A stretch of DNA of 63,845 nt, the filler included, from Rhizaria sp. SCN 62-66 (Eukaryota), in assembly GCA_001724265.1 (NCBI GenBank). It is 3 parts of 3 records of this genome, joined end to end, with 100 filler letters (N's around TTAATTAATTAA, not from the genome) between each part and the next. Parts side by side here need not be neighbours in the genome. Positions count along the whole stretch, not along the records: positions 1 to 31,061 come from MEDY01000459.1; 2 more parts are not named here. One strand, given 5' to 3'. The notes under the pieces were generated by a model, which saw only the letters and a list, made by a program, of their open reading frames with translations, was not told the DNA's origin and did not search any database. A program made the translations under genes and the position numbers. Of the stretch, positions 1 through 11,884 are shown piece after piece. How positions within the stretch are numbered: position 1 is the stretch's first letter; the number at the start of each line of letters is the position of its first letter.

Positions 1-200
1 AACGGAAGCCTTGAGGCGGAGCGCAGAAGCAGCACGCTTCTTCTGGATGCGCTGGAGGCGGAGGAAGGACTCGGGGGCCTTGATGGCAGTCTTAGCCTTG
101 GGAGCGACGGAGCTGTGGGAGGGATAAGCAGATGGGGGGAGAAGGAGACAGCGCGGGAAAACCAGGAAAACGGGACAGAGAACACCAGATGGGACGGCAT
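1..200 (-). CDS. RPL7: 60S ribosomal protein L7 (uL30), N-terminal part, runs off the window start
   Basis: Exon 112..1 reads SVAPKAKTAIKAPESFLRLQRIQKKRAASALRLKASV. This resembles the uL30 N-terminal 'PES..K...K' helix and has strong C/T-ending codon bias. It follows a pyrimidine-rich CAG acceptor (113-115). A candidate first micro-exon ATG CC lies at 200-196 (donor GTCCCA, uncertain). Confidence 0.55.
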   Translation of the reverse strand, partial: MPSHLVFSVPFSWFSRAVSFSPHLLIPPTAPSLPRLRLPSRPPSPSSASSASRRSVLLLRSASRLP

Positions 201-1536
201 ATACGGAAACCAGGAACGGGAACACCAGAAGAGAACGCGGTTAGCGTGAGGGTTTTGATAGGACGTGGGAGGAAAATGTCGAAGAGTAGCTTCGAACCCC
301 AGTCGCTTGCAGACTTTTCACCGGAGCACCGACAAAACACGTAGTATTTGACCCATAAATGCAGCAACGACCATTGACTATTATAAAATAGCGCGATGTC
401 TTATGTGTTGTGCGGGAAATATATATAAACTTGTGCTGTCGTGCACGTGCACACGGCATAACCAGCCCCTTAGGGGCTGAGGACAAACAGCTCCCGCGTC
501 CGCGAGATCCCTGAAGTACGCTACGAAGAGCATATTCAGTCCAATCAACAGCATAGGCGAGCTCACAAGGTAACAAGCCATAGTAAAAGCTGGTAAATGA
601 TCAGAATCGTATGACGGTCCGAGTAGGACAAGACGACGAACGTGGATGTTAGGTGCGGGTACAGCGGGCTAATGTTGAGTGGCGCCGAAGCATTGTCCCC
701 GTTGGGGACGATAAACCGATCTCAACAAAAGCTGGCTAATGAATTTAAAGAAAAGGCTCTAGCTATAGTATCTCCGCAAACCAAGCAACACTCTCAGTAA
801 GCCTCTCCTAGCGCCACAATGATACCATTGGGTGTCTTAGCTTCGGTGCGAGGAAAGGGCTCTGGGAGAGGTTGCGAGGGTGTTTGCGGCCACATTTGAC
901 GACCTAAAGGAGGGCAAAACGCGTGGCTACGAGAAAGCATCGAAATCCTAGACTCAGTCACCTGCTACGTCTTCATTGACTTGCCCTCAGACGCGGCAGA
1001 ACCGCGCCACACAGAGGGGCAAAAGAAGGGCGTCCTGCAGAGATTAGCAACAGTGAGGTTGCTCATGCTTTCTGCGCGGGCGTATATTGCAACACCCGGC
1101 GCGTCCGACATGCTGGCAAATAGAACACCATCATTACAAGGTATCAATTGACGTACACCATGGGGATAAAAGGTAACTAGTAGACTCTGTACAGAGAACT
1201 GTTCGAAACCAAAACAGCCTTCGACTTCGACATGACCCTTTGAGCGGTTTGCCGCAAACCGACCTCAAAGTCTGGCCGCATTGATGACCGTGAGCAGGCG
1301 GTCGACGACTTTCACATTCCAAGTCAAATATGGCTTGTGCATGGCATCATAGAAAGTATAATTAGCACGTTAGATCTTTAGTTACTATTTCAATACTATA
1401 CTGCGACGGCGTCTTAAATGACGGATTGTGCAGGAATATATTTACGATTCTTATGTTTCCTCTGACAACTCAACGCTTGTAATCTCCACCCAAACTGTCC
1501 ATGCACACGCTCATTGACTTGTCACAACTCTGCAGC

Positions 1537-2955
1537 ATGAGTGTCCCCACTGAGTGCATCACCACCGACGTGGTCCCTGCCGTTGTAGCCGCCGCGTCGT
1601 GCGCCTCCTGTTGCACGTGTACTACCCGCCGCGCCCACCTGCAGGACACCTCCGCACGCCACTTGATCCCTGCGCTGTGCGAGCTCTTCTACGACCTCAA
1701 GTGGGTCACCGGCACCGGAGGCTCTATCTCCATCCGCGAAGGGTACGTTTATGCCTTCAACTTGTGTCAAACTTTCACACCTGACAATCTTGATTCATGA
1801 GACCCGCTTCGATTGAGTACATCGTTGCTTTGACTAACCTGAAGCATAACATTGGATATATCATGCTTATCGAATCTCTAACAAATTAAACCAATATGAT
1901 TAGTTATTATATATATAACACAGTTTTATAGTTAAAATCCATATTCTTCCGTGTCTATCATGCCTATCGTTTGTCGTGTTTTGTACTTAGCGACAAGATT
2001 TACATCACCCCCTCCGGCGTGCACAAGGAGCGCATCCTCCCCGAGGACCTCTTTGTCATGACCCCCGAGTCCACCGAGCTCGAGGGCCCGCCCGCGCACA
2101 AGGGCTACAAACAGTCTCAGTGCACACCGCTTTTCTTCAACGCCTACTCGCTGCGCGGCGCTGGCGCGGTGATTCACACGCACTCGATCCACGCCGTCAT
2201 CACCACGATCCTGCTCGGCTCTGCGAAGGAGTGGCGGATCACGCACCAGGAGATGATCAAGGGCATTCGCGTGGGGTCCACCAAACAGAACTATCGGTAC
2301 TTTGACGAGCTGGTGGTGCCCATCATCGAAAACACGGCCGAGGAGGAGGACCTCAAGGATCGCATGGCCGTCGCCATGAAGGGTACGCTAGATGCACAAA
2401 TTCCACAATATGAATGAATATTCCCCTCAATTGTTTCGATAAGAGTGTATTTATTGTATATTGTCTTTTTATGTCATAATGAAGTGTAATCTCTCATATC
2501 TTTATTCGTAACACTCTTCGCTTTGTTTAACTCCTTTTTTTTCTTTGATCTTTATACGAAACCACAGCCTACCCGAAGGCCAACGCCGTGCTGGTGCGCC
2601 GCCACGGTCTGTACGTGTGGGGTGAGTCTTGGGAGAAGGCCAAGTCGATGGCCGAGTGCTACGACTATCTCCTCGAGCTCACTGTCAAGGTCCGCAATAC
2701 CCACCAATCAACCAGCACAGTTTGTCATTGCCAGTACATTGTCTGCATGACTTGAACTTGGCGTGTTATTGAATCATGTCACGGTCATTGCGACGAGCAT
2801 TGGTGTATTCCTTCTTAAATATATCTAACCTGACTATTTTCTTTGATTCCGTGGACTGTTTTGTCGCACTATAGATGATGAAGCTGGGTCTCGACCCCGC
2901 TAAGATGCCAGAGGACTCCGAGTACTGCAACGAGGAGCGCATCACGGGCCCTTAA
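1537..2955 (+). CDS. APIP: Methylthioribulose-1-phosphate dehydratase (APIP/MtnB/Mde1, class II aldolase family)
   Basis: Exons 1537-1742, 1991-2382, 2568-2689 and 2875-2955 splice in frame. Motifs: [63 protein letters not shown]. Ends in TAA. Confidence 0.95.
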
Positions 2956-3695
2956 GCACCACAACGGCTTATCGTGCAGTGCGAATATGCCCAATGCATG
3001 AACAAATATCGCGGTCTTCAGTATAATATCGTGATTACTCCTCTTAGTGCTGTACGCTAATGACGTAAGTCACAGTTACACTAGCTGCTTCTGGACACAA
3101 TGATTGGAAGAGCAGTCAATGAAGCGTTATCTGTCCCTCATGGGTGTTATATGAGTGAAGATGATAGACTGAGGTGCGAGATAACACTCGATTACGATTA
3201 CGTAGCAGCAGCGCCGCCGGCAGCGACCCCGAGGGCTCAGGCGCGCATGAGAATACACTAGTTCCGAAATTTGAAACGCATATGCGCAACTATAATTGAA
3301 GTATACGCTTGCAACATAATACTATGTAAGGTAAACGGTACTATACATTAGCATACCAGCGAATGATCATATCTGACGTTAACTATGGCCAATCCCTGAC
3401 GATACTGCAATTCGTAGTGAAATCGTGCCTCAATTGTCGACCGACGACCACACCAATCTCAGAATTTGTATAGGTCACAACTCAATGCATATTCGTCAGG
3501 TCGGGATGGCGGAGATGAACATATACCAAACGTATCTTTCATAGCTAAATCCTTTATTATATGCTCTATATTCTTCGTTCAATCTCAGAATCTCTACTCA
3601 GACAACAAGCTCGCAGACCGAACCCAGCACATCCAACCCAACCCAGTGCGTCGCCCGCATCACCCCGCGCCGCCTGCCGCGCCCCGCAGCCCGCA

Positions 3696-5558
3696 ATGGA
3701 CGGCAACTCAGTGAGTTTCTTCGAGATGGTGGCGCAGGACCGCCTCGTCCCGACCCTCAAGCCGGCTTTCGCGTACGTCCTCTCGTCCCTCGCCCGCTGG
3801 TACCCGCGCTTCTCTGCGCCGCTGATAAACTACCGGGAAGAGCTGTTCTACGGGCTGGTGTACCTGCTCGAGGCACACTACCTACGCGCGCACTCGGCTT
3901 CGTTTGGCGAGCAATTCTATGGGCTCAAACGACTGCGCACATTGCACCCGGGTCTAGCAGTGCCCTCCGCCGTCACCGCACAGGCCACGATCACTCCCTG
4001 TCACTCCACCCTGCCTTTCTCGCCTTTCCCGCGCGATACCGCAGACGGGGCCGGCTCCAGCGGCGGTGGCGGCGGCGCGATTGACCGTGAGCGCGTGTTG
4101 ACGCAACCGCTCAGCAGCGGGGACCGCGGGTGGGCGCTCCTGGCTCTTGTGCTAGTGCCGTATCTCCGCAGCAAGGCCGAGAACTGGTACCGCGCGCGCG
4201 AGGACGACCTGCAGCTCGATTACCACAGCGACGGCGACTACACCGCGCCCGCTAGCAGCAACGACAGCAATAGCGTTGCCCAACAGAACGCAGAGATGGA
4301 GCAACAGCAGCAGCAACTGCAGCAGAGTGACCACGATCGCGAAAGCGACGCTGGCCTCTCCGCCTCCGCCTCGGCCGCCGCTGTGACGGTGACCGACGGC
4401 GCTGCGCCTGCGCTGACGCGGGCGCTGGCCGCGTTTACGGTCGCCCGGCTCCGACTGCTGCTGTGCGCCCTCAGGCTCTGGCGCTGGCTGCGGCGCGCCG
4501 CTGTGACCGTGGGCGCCGCGGCGGTGACCGTGGGCAGGGCCGCGGCATCGAAGATAAGCCGCCGGTGCGGCGACACAGCATTCATCGCGTTCCCCTATGT
4601 GCACGCTGCCTTGGAGGTCGGTAACCTGTGGTTCAGTTTGGCGTATCTCTTCGGCGGCAGCCGCTACTTCACGCCGCTGCACTGGCTCACAAGTCAAGCC
4701 GTCGTGCGGCTTAACTTCGACGATATGCAGCAGCAACAGCAGCAACAACAAAGTCACGCCGCGCTCTCCGCAAAGAAGCCCGCAGCTCCATTTACTCCTG
4801 GTCTCGCTTCGCAGCGGCGCAGCACGGGGACTGCCACCGGCGGTTTCCTCGCCGTCACGCGCCGCGTGCTCAAGTTAAGCCGCCGCGGCCTCTCCACTGC
4901 GCTGCGGTGGGCAGCCGAGTCCGCGAAGTGGGGCATTCTGGCGGCGGTGTTTGCGTTTAAGGTGGCCGAGTGGTGGAACAGCCCCGCAAACCGCGCGGCG
5001 CGGGCCGGACGGGATCGGCTGCCTGTGCCGCCGCCGCCGCCGTGCCCGGTGCCGCTGCCAGCCGCGGTCGCCGCTGCGCCAGCCACGGCGACAGGTGCCG
5101 CGGCGAATAATGCAGCTGCGGCTGCTGCTACTGATGCTGGCAAAGGCAAAGTGACTGTGACGGCGGGGGTTGGTGGTGGTGAGCTGCAGTTGGCTGCAGA
5201 GCCGTTACTACGGCCTGCAATTCTCCCGGCCATAAACAGTAGCAATGCTGCGAACACAGCGAAACCGAACAGCAACACTACCTCTTCCCAGACTAGCTCT
5301 GTGAGCGCCTCGAACAACACTGGCTCGACAAGTGCGAGCGCGATTGCAAGTGATGGTGCGTTCAGCTTGGTCCCGCTGCCGAGCGACTACTCCTTGTGCC
5401 CCCTGTGCCTGCGCACGCGCGAGAACCCCGCCGCGCTGGCCACGGGGTTCGTCTTCTGCTACCGCTGCGCCGTCGAGTGGGTCCGCGCGCGCGGTTGCTG
5501 CCCCGTTACGGGTGCCGCCGTCGACGAGGAAGGCGTTCGCAAGGTATACGACCAGTGA
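3696..5558 (+). CDS. PEX12: Peroxisome assembly protein 12 (Pex2/Pex12 N-domain + C-terminal RING)
   Basis: Single exon. Motifs: SFFEMVAQDRLVPTLKPA, SASFGEQFYGLKR, VFAFKVAEWW, PVPPPPP, and C-terminal CPLCLRTRENPAALATGFVFCYRC...CPVTG...VRKVY. Ends in TGA. Confidence 0.92.
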   Translation: MDGNSVSFFEMVAQDRLVPTLKPAFAYVLSSLARWYPRFSAPLINYREELFYGLVYLLEAHYLRAHSASFGEQFYGLKRLRTLHPGLAVPSAVTAQATITPCHSTLPFSPFPRDTADGAGSSGGGGGAIDRERVLTQPLSSGDRGWALLALVLVPYLRSKAENWYRAREDDLQLDYHSDGDYTAPASSNDSNSVAQQNAEMEQQQQQLQQSDHDRESDAGLSASASAAAVTVTDGAAPALTRALAAFTVARLRLLLCALRLWRWLRRAAVTVGAAAVTVGRAAASKISRRCGDTAFIAFPYVHAALEVGNLWFSLAYLFGGSRYFTPLHWLTSQAVVRLNFDDMQQQQQQQQSHAALSAKKPAAPFTPGLASQRRSTGTATGGFLAVTRRVLKLSRRGLSTALRWAAESAKWGILAAVFAFKVAEWWNSPANRAARAGRDRLPVPPPPPCPVPLPAAVAAAPATATGAAANNAAAAAATDAGKGKVTVTAGVGGGELQLAAEPLLRPAILPAINSSNAANTAKPNSNTTSSQTSSVSASNNTGSTSASAIASDGAFSLVPLPSDYSLCPLCLRTRENPAALATGFVFCYRCAVEWVRARGCCPVTGAAVDEEGVRKVYDQ

Positions 5559-5804
5559 GAACTGAGAACTGGTAAGCAAGGCAATGCCTGTGCGAATATA
5601 AGAAATTGTTACATAGATACGGTTTATCGAGTTTATTTTGAATTCAAACGCAATAATACATTGGTTATTTAATTGAATGATGGTTTATCTATTGTATTAT
5701 TGTTTGTATCTCTTAAGAGATTCACTGGCCATCGTAGCGGCCCAGAATGTCAATTGGCTTGTTGAAATGACCGTGGACACCGATTGCTTCGCTCACCCTC
5801 ACGC

Positions 5805-7014
5805 TCACGCGCTATCGTCGTCCTGCAGTCCGTCGCCCTCGCGGGGCACAATCCCGCGGTCCGCGGCCGCGCGCCACACGCGGCGCCGCGCCTCCCGCGC
5901 AATGAAGGCCCCCGCGGCGGCGGCAGCCTGCTGCGCATGGAGCCACGACGCGACCGGCCATGCGCCGGTGGCGACTGCGGCGACCACGGCGCTGCGGCGC
6001 GCGGCGGCGACAAGGTCCTCGGAGGCCGCAGTGGCGGTGGCGCGCGCGGCGGTGGCGGCGGACTCGGCCTGCGTGGCCGCGGGGGCGGAGGCGGCGGCGG
6101 GCGGTGCCGCGGCTTTCGCGGGCGGGGCGGGGGCGAAGACGAAGACGGCGTGCGCGGACTCGTTCTGGCTCTCCTCGGCCAACGGGTCCATCGCCAAACG
6201 CGCCTTGCTCGCGTCCGAACCGTCCTCATCCTTCGCAGAAGCAGCGGCAACGGCAGCGTCGGTGTCGGCGGTGGCGGCGGCGTTGTCGTTAGCCGTGGAC
6301 TTAGGCGGTGGCAGGAGCGCCAGCTCAACGGCGACGGGGGAAAAGCGCGACGGCAGCGCGGCGTCCAGAACAGCGGCGGCCACGGCGTTCACGCACGCTG
6401 CGGCGACGGAGCCGGCGTCGGAGATGATGTGCACAGTCACCTACAGAACAGTAACAGACAGACAGCGAGAACAAAGCGAGAATGTAAGATGGGAGGATTG
6501 CGACGAGATTGCATGCAACGGAAACAGCACATGGGGACAACAGTGTGTGATATGTGTAATTTAAGTCCGTGGATGTGTAGTTTTGCATCACGATTTGTCG
6601 ACGTACGGCGATCTTGGTGCGCGGGAACGAGTCGACGGCGACGGCGGCAGTGAAAACGGAGCGGATGAGGTTGGCGACCGCGAGCTCCGCAGGGGTCATG
6701 TGGCCGCCTGCGCCAGAGACGGGGCCGCGCACAACGACGTCGAGCACGGCGGCGTGCGTGTCCTCGCGGGACGCGTCCGTGGCAAGCGGACCCGAAACGG
6801 CGGCGAGCACGACGGTGCCGCCGACGGTGAGGCGCACTGAGCCGTCGGCGCGGGTGAAGTTGGTCGGCGCGAACGTCAGCGGGCGCAACTCGTCGAAGCT
6901 CCGGTCGTCGGGCCGCGCGCGGGACTCAAGCACGGGCTGCGTCTCCCAGTTGAAGTTCAGCGTCTGGTGCATCTGCGGCACCGATGTGGGGACGTCGGCC
7001 ATAGGGGCGGACAT
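5805..7014 (-). CDS. RRP46: Exosome complex RNase PH-like subunit, RRP46/EXOSC5 type
   Basis: Exons 7014-6607 and 6440-5805 (GTACGT..TAG intron). Motifs: RADGSVRLTVGGTVVLAAVSGP, FPRTKIAVTVHIISDAGS, ACVNAVAAAVLDAALP. Ends in TGA. Confidence 0.82.
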
Positions 7015-7399
7015 GGCTGGCTGCTGTGCAAATGTCGGAGTGGGAACAAGGGTGGACAAACGAGGGAATTGTGAGGTCATGCAAGAAATCCAGAAGATTT
7101 AATTCAGTGCACGTGTGTTTAAGATCGTGAAAAAATGCGATACTAAACGACAATGATATTGGCGTCGCTGTTGTTGTGCAGTAGATCAAATGCGGTAGCC
7201 AACTTTTGTGTTCGTTCTCACCCCAATCAACGTGTTGCAGCCAATTTGTGGTCGACATCATATTTTCACCGTAGAACAGGGTCAATTAAAGATATTGTTA
7301 GGCCGAACCAAAGCATATTATATTAAGTACAATTATAAATGTCATGCCAACTTGTGGACAATGGGTGAGCTATTTATCTTGTTTATTATTGTGTTTAAC

Positions 7400-8362
7400 T
7401 TAGAACTCGGGGCCGTCCTCCTTGAGCAGGTCGTATGTGATGTTGGCGACCATGGGCTCGAAATGCTCCAGGAACTCCTTCACAGGCACGCGCCACTTAA
7501 GATCGACCTCGCCGCCGCCGAGCCAGAAAAAGCCCTGCTTGAGCTCGGTCACGATCTTGTGCGAAATGATGATGGGGATCTTCTGGCTGCAGCCCAGCGG
7601 CGTGACGCCGTTGTGCGTGTATCCGGTCAGTGCAACATTCGCCTCCGGGGAACACAGACGGAAGTTGTACAGCTTGCGTGGCTTGCCCGAGAGCTCGCGG
7701 ATAGCCTTGCCGACGCGCTCGTTGTGCAGCCGCGCCGTGTACTGCACGATGATGAAGTAGAACCGGGAGTCGGCGTGGGTCGGATTGGTCGTGTTCTCAG
7801 CGGTCACGGGCCACTTGGTGTTCTCCATCACCAGCGACTTGCACAGGTAGTGGATCGACGGCGCGTTCAGCCGCGCGCGGCGCGCCTCGAGCAACCAGTC
7901 GTAGTAGTCACTGGGGCAGCGGTAGAACACCGAGACGGCGCCCAGCGGGGTCTCGGCCGCGAGCGCGAGCTGACGCGTCTCGTTGGCGCTGCTGCCGGCT
8001 TCGGCGGGCAGCTGCGGCATGTATGCGCCATGCGAGTACAAGGGGAGCGCAGCGTGGTCGACAGTCACCACGGTGACGTGCGAGGAGTCTGGCAGCTGGA
8101 TCACGGGGGCCGAGGAGCTCTCGCCGTCGCCGCCCTCGGCAGCGGACTCATCGGCGGCAGTGGCGGGAACAGGAACGGTCGCGGGAGTGGCAGAGGCAGT
8201 GGTTGCAGCAACCGTTGGAACGCTGGCAGTAATGCCAGCAATGTGGGCAGCGGGGGCAGAGCTGACAGGGACGGCAGCACCTTCAAGAAAGCCTAGACGG
8301 GCGAAGGTGGCCTCGAGGGCGGCGGTGCGCGCCACGAGCCCAGCAAGCGTATCGCAGGACAT
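7400..8362 (-). CDS. YbaK/aminoacyl-tRNA deacylase-associated domain protein
   Basis: Intronless 320 aa ORF with DYYDWLLEARRARL..LCKSLVMENT, YFIIVQY, LTGYTHNGVTPLG and FFWLGGGEVDLK. These motifs are typical of the plant/protist YbaK-like subgroup. Ends in TAA. Confidence 0.8.
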   Translation of the reverse strand: MSCDTLAGLVARTAALEATFARLGFLEGAAVPVSSAPAAHIAGITASVPTVAATTASATPATVPVPATAADESAAEGGDGESSSAPVIQLPDSSHVTVVTVDHAALPLYSHGAYMPQLPAEAGSSANETRQLALAAETPLGAVSVFYRCPSDYYDWLLEARRARLNAPSIHYLCKSLVMENTKWPVTAENTTNPTHADSRFYFIIVQYTARLHNERVGKAIRELSGKPRKLYNFRLCSPEANVALTGYTHNGVTPLGCSQKIPIIISHKIVTELKQGFFWLGGGEVDLKWRVPVKEFLEHFEPMVANITYDLLKEDGPEF

Positions 8363-8769
8363 GCGCTGTGAGTGACAAATGAGAATATAAGAGGTGAGAT
8401 TTTAGTAAAACACATGACCATTCACGGACTCCTGGTGACGCGTTGCTTGCACTGTTTGACGATCATACAATTTCAGTAGGCTATGATTCGTATACCGCTC
8501 GCGAGCCCGATGATCGTCATCAATCTTCAAGATCCAGGGTATCATACAGCTAAATGTGACAGTATCTAGTGCAATCAACTTAGTTGCAACAAAATCGTAT
8601 TTATGATACGGGTTTTAATAAAAAATGCACAATATCTGTATAGTTCACTATCAATCTTTCAATAACCAAAACATATCGCTTCTTTTGTCTCATCAGCATC
8701 GAGAGCAATCAACTCTCACGCCATCACCAAAAGCATGAGTCAGCCCGTTATCACGGCGCTGCAGCCGCC

Positions 8770-11403
8770 TTAGACCCTCTGCACCTGCGCGGCGTAGCGC
8801 GCGGCGCCGTCGACGTCCCCGTCAGCAATGATGAGCGCGAGTACCGCGATCTTCTGCGGCACCCCGGCAGCCTCCATGACCAGGCGGATCGACTCGACTT
8901 CGGGATACTGCAGCCGCGTCGCGGTGATGCCGAGCGACATGCGCATCGTGCGCACCATCGCCGTGTGCTTCGCGCGCTCGGCGTCGAGAATACTGGAGGT
9001 GGTGAGAAAACAAGCGAGGAATGAAGTAGGTTTGCGAGATGAGTGTTGAAGTCCATAATGCAATAACAATGCAATAATAGTCATACATGCATCAATGTCG
9101 CACGCGTAAAAAAGTGTTCATATATCTGTATCAAGTGGGGATGCGATGCGTACCGACGGATAGCATTCTTGGCGGCGTCTGGAATGCGCATTGACTCGAC
9201 GTGGGTCAAAACTTCGGGGTTGAATGGCGAGTCAATCGAACTAACGACAGACCGGGCCGAGTTAAACAGGTGCGCTGCGATCTGAGTCACAGGGGATGTA
9301 GCAAGGTCCACAACCGCGGTGCTGGAGAAGACGTGGCCGGGACCTAAAAATAATCGAAAAGAACAAAAATGATATTATGTGCAGAACGATATGAGGCTAA
9401 ACATACAGGAATGAAATATAGTATCGATGAAAGTACAAATCATATTATACGAAGTTTAGTGACTCCAAATTGATCCATTTATCGATATGTTATGACACGT
9501 ACGCGTGACGAGGTACTCTGGCAGGCCCGACAGAGCCGCGGGCGCGGGTACCGGCGAGGCCGACACAGCGGCCGACGCCGGCGCACGCTGAGGCGCACCG
9601 ACCCCGCCGGCCGCCGCGGCGCCGGAGGGGCGCACAGTCGCAGGCGTCGCAGGCGTCGCTGGTACAGCAGCCGCGTTGGCAGCGTTGACGTCAGAAGCGG
9701 CAGCGGGAGATACAGAGGCAGCGTTGCCGGGGGCGCGGGTGGGGATAGGCGTGCCGGGCACAAGCGCGGGCGCATCGACCGGTGTGACAGGGGCGGCGGC
9801 GTTCGTAGCGGCGGCGTTCGTAGCGGCGGCGGCGTTGGCTTGGGCAGAGAGGGAACCGTTGGTCATGAGTGCGCCCAGGAGGTTCGCGAGCGCGTTCTGC
9901 TGAGAGCCGGAGAGGTTGGCGGCGGCGCCGCTTCCGCTGCCAGCAGCAGCAGAAGGAGCAGCAGCAGCGGACGCGGGCGCGGAGCTAGCGCTGGCCGAAG
10001 AAGTGGAGCCGTCTTCCTCGTCGTCACCCATAGCCTTCGCACCGCTCGCGCTCGCACCCACACTGCAGCTCGAGCTGCTGCCGTCGGCCGCGGCCTTGGC
10101 CTTGGCAGTCTCGCTCTCACCGGCCTTAGGGAGGTCGTGCTCGCCCAGGAACGAGATGCTCTGCCCCATGATGCAGAGCTTGTTCTGACTCAGGTCGATG
10201 ACGGCGCCGTGGCGTTTCAGTTGGTCGAGTCCGAAAAGCACGTCCATGCTCTGGTCTTCGAGCACCGAGAAAGAGCACATGATGTACTCGGAGCCGATCT
10301 TGACCGTCGCGGCGTGGATCCGGCCCAGGATCTTCTGGGAGCCAACGCCCACGGCCATGCCGGAGAAGCGCTTGTCCTGGAGTTGCAAACAAAACGGAGG
10401 ATTTAACAAGAAACAGAAAAGATTAAGAACAGAGACAATGTAGAAAAATAATAAACTAGAGTTATATCGATGGGTTCTACAGAATATACAGAATTATGAT
10501 TGTTAAATACGCATGACGTACAAGCAGGTCCTCGAGGCCACAGCGGCGCACACAGGCGGCGGACATAATGGTCATCTGAGCGCCGGAGTCAACGAAAGCC
10601 TTGAGCGGGACCTTGTTGACCTCGATGGGCACGTACAGCATCGTCACCGTGGCAAACACCTCGGGCGAGTGCTCCATCGCAAGCAGGTAGTTCTCATCGA
10701 CCGTGCGCTGCCGCGCGTCGCGGGCGACAACGGCCAGAGCGCCGGGGTCCGTGGGGTCCGTCTCGAGCGTGTGGCGCGCATCGCGGACCTCAGCGCGCTC
10801 TACGGAGTCGGTCAGGAAGCGCTCGCGCAGCGCCGCGACGGCCTCGTCCTTGGGGGCCGTGCGCAGCAGCTGTGCCAGCTCCTGGTTGCGGTCGGCGAGC
10901 TGCGAGATAAGCGAGGGCGACGCCGAGACGATGCGGTAGAAGTGCTCAGGGGACTCCAGCAGCGCGGGGGGGAGCTCCGCTAGCGAGCGGAAGGAAGATG
11001 AAGACAGGCGAGCCAGTGCGGCGTTGCGCGCGGTCGGGGAGAGCTGCATCAGCGTGTCGTTGAACTCCTGCATGTTCTGGTGGCCGGCGGCGCCGCCAGC
11101 AGCGCCACCGGCGGCAGCGGCGGCGGTGGCGGTCGCGGCGGAGAGGCGCTGCGCGAACTCGGCATCGGAAAGCGTGTCATAAGTGAGCACGTCATCGCTG
11201 GTGAGGAAGGAGGACACGGGCGCGCCGGAGGGCGTGAGCACGGCGCCGTTTGCAGATAGCTTGATGCGCTGCACAGGGATGTCAACGACAGAGGCGACTT
11301 GCTGTACGAGCTCAGCGTAGTCCGCATCGGCAGCAACCACAAGGGAGTGGTACTGTGCGCCGTCTGCTGACATAAGCACGAGCTCGATCTGTGAGGAGCT
11401 CAT
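8770..11403 (-). CDS. DDI1: DNA damage-inducible protein 1 (UBL + retroviral-type aspartyl protease, degenerate UBA-like tail)
   Basis: Exons 11403-10522, 10376-9503, 9343-9154 and 8992-8770 splice in frame. Motifs: MEHSPEVFATVTMLY, KAFVDSGAQMTIMS, DKRFSGMAVGVGSQKILGRIH, LFGLDQLKRH. Ends in TAA. Confidence 0.93.
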
Positions 11404-11884
11404 GGGGTGTGACGAGCTGTGGGAGTGATTGGTGGGATGGTGACACACCACAACAAAGCATAGGGCAACATCAGAACATTATGTGAGCTAAAATTGCATT
11501 GCGGCGTAGTGATAAAAGGTGAAAGTATATATCTGTCCATGTACATTTCTGTTGTGGAACTGCAGAAAGATTGATGATGAGACCCGTGTGAGATTGGTGT
11601 GGATAGAGTGAGGTCTATCAGATAGCTAATCTCGAACGAGATCCCTTTGATCCACCACAAACACATTCCTGGAACGATTAAGCGGTTGTACTGACATGAA
11701 GCTAATGCAAATGTGTGATTTATTCATTTTAATCAAATCAAGATTCAATATTATATCTAAATAAACTCGTTATTATTCCATCGTAACACGGCGAGCACCA
11801 AATCTACAAACACTTAAGCGTTCTCCAAGCCATACAGACTGCATTATAACATGAACAGTCTGTCGCTCTGTGACAGTACAACAT

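Noticed and set aside
155-229. Imperfect direct repeat (GGAAACCAGGAA..CGGGA..ACACCAGA twice) near the RPL7 start
   Set aside because: Only two degenerate copies; looks like a local duplication, not an array or CRISPR.
10522-10640. DSGA aspartyl protease motif as an LTR retrotransposon
   Set aside because: It is part of the spliced host gene DDI1 (UBL + RVP); no gag, RT or LTR nearby.
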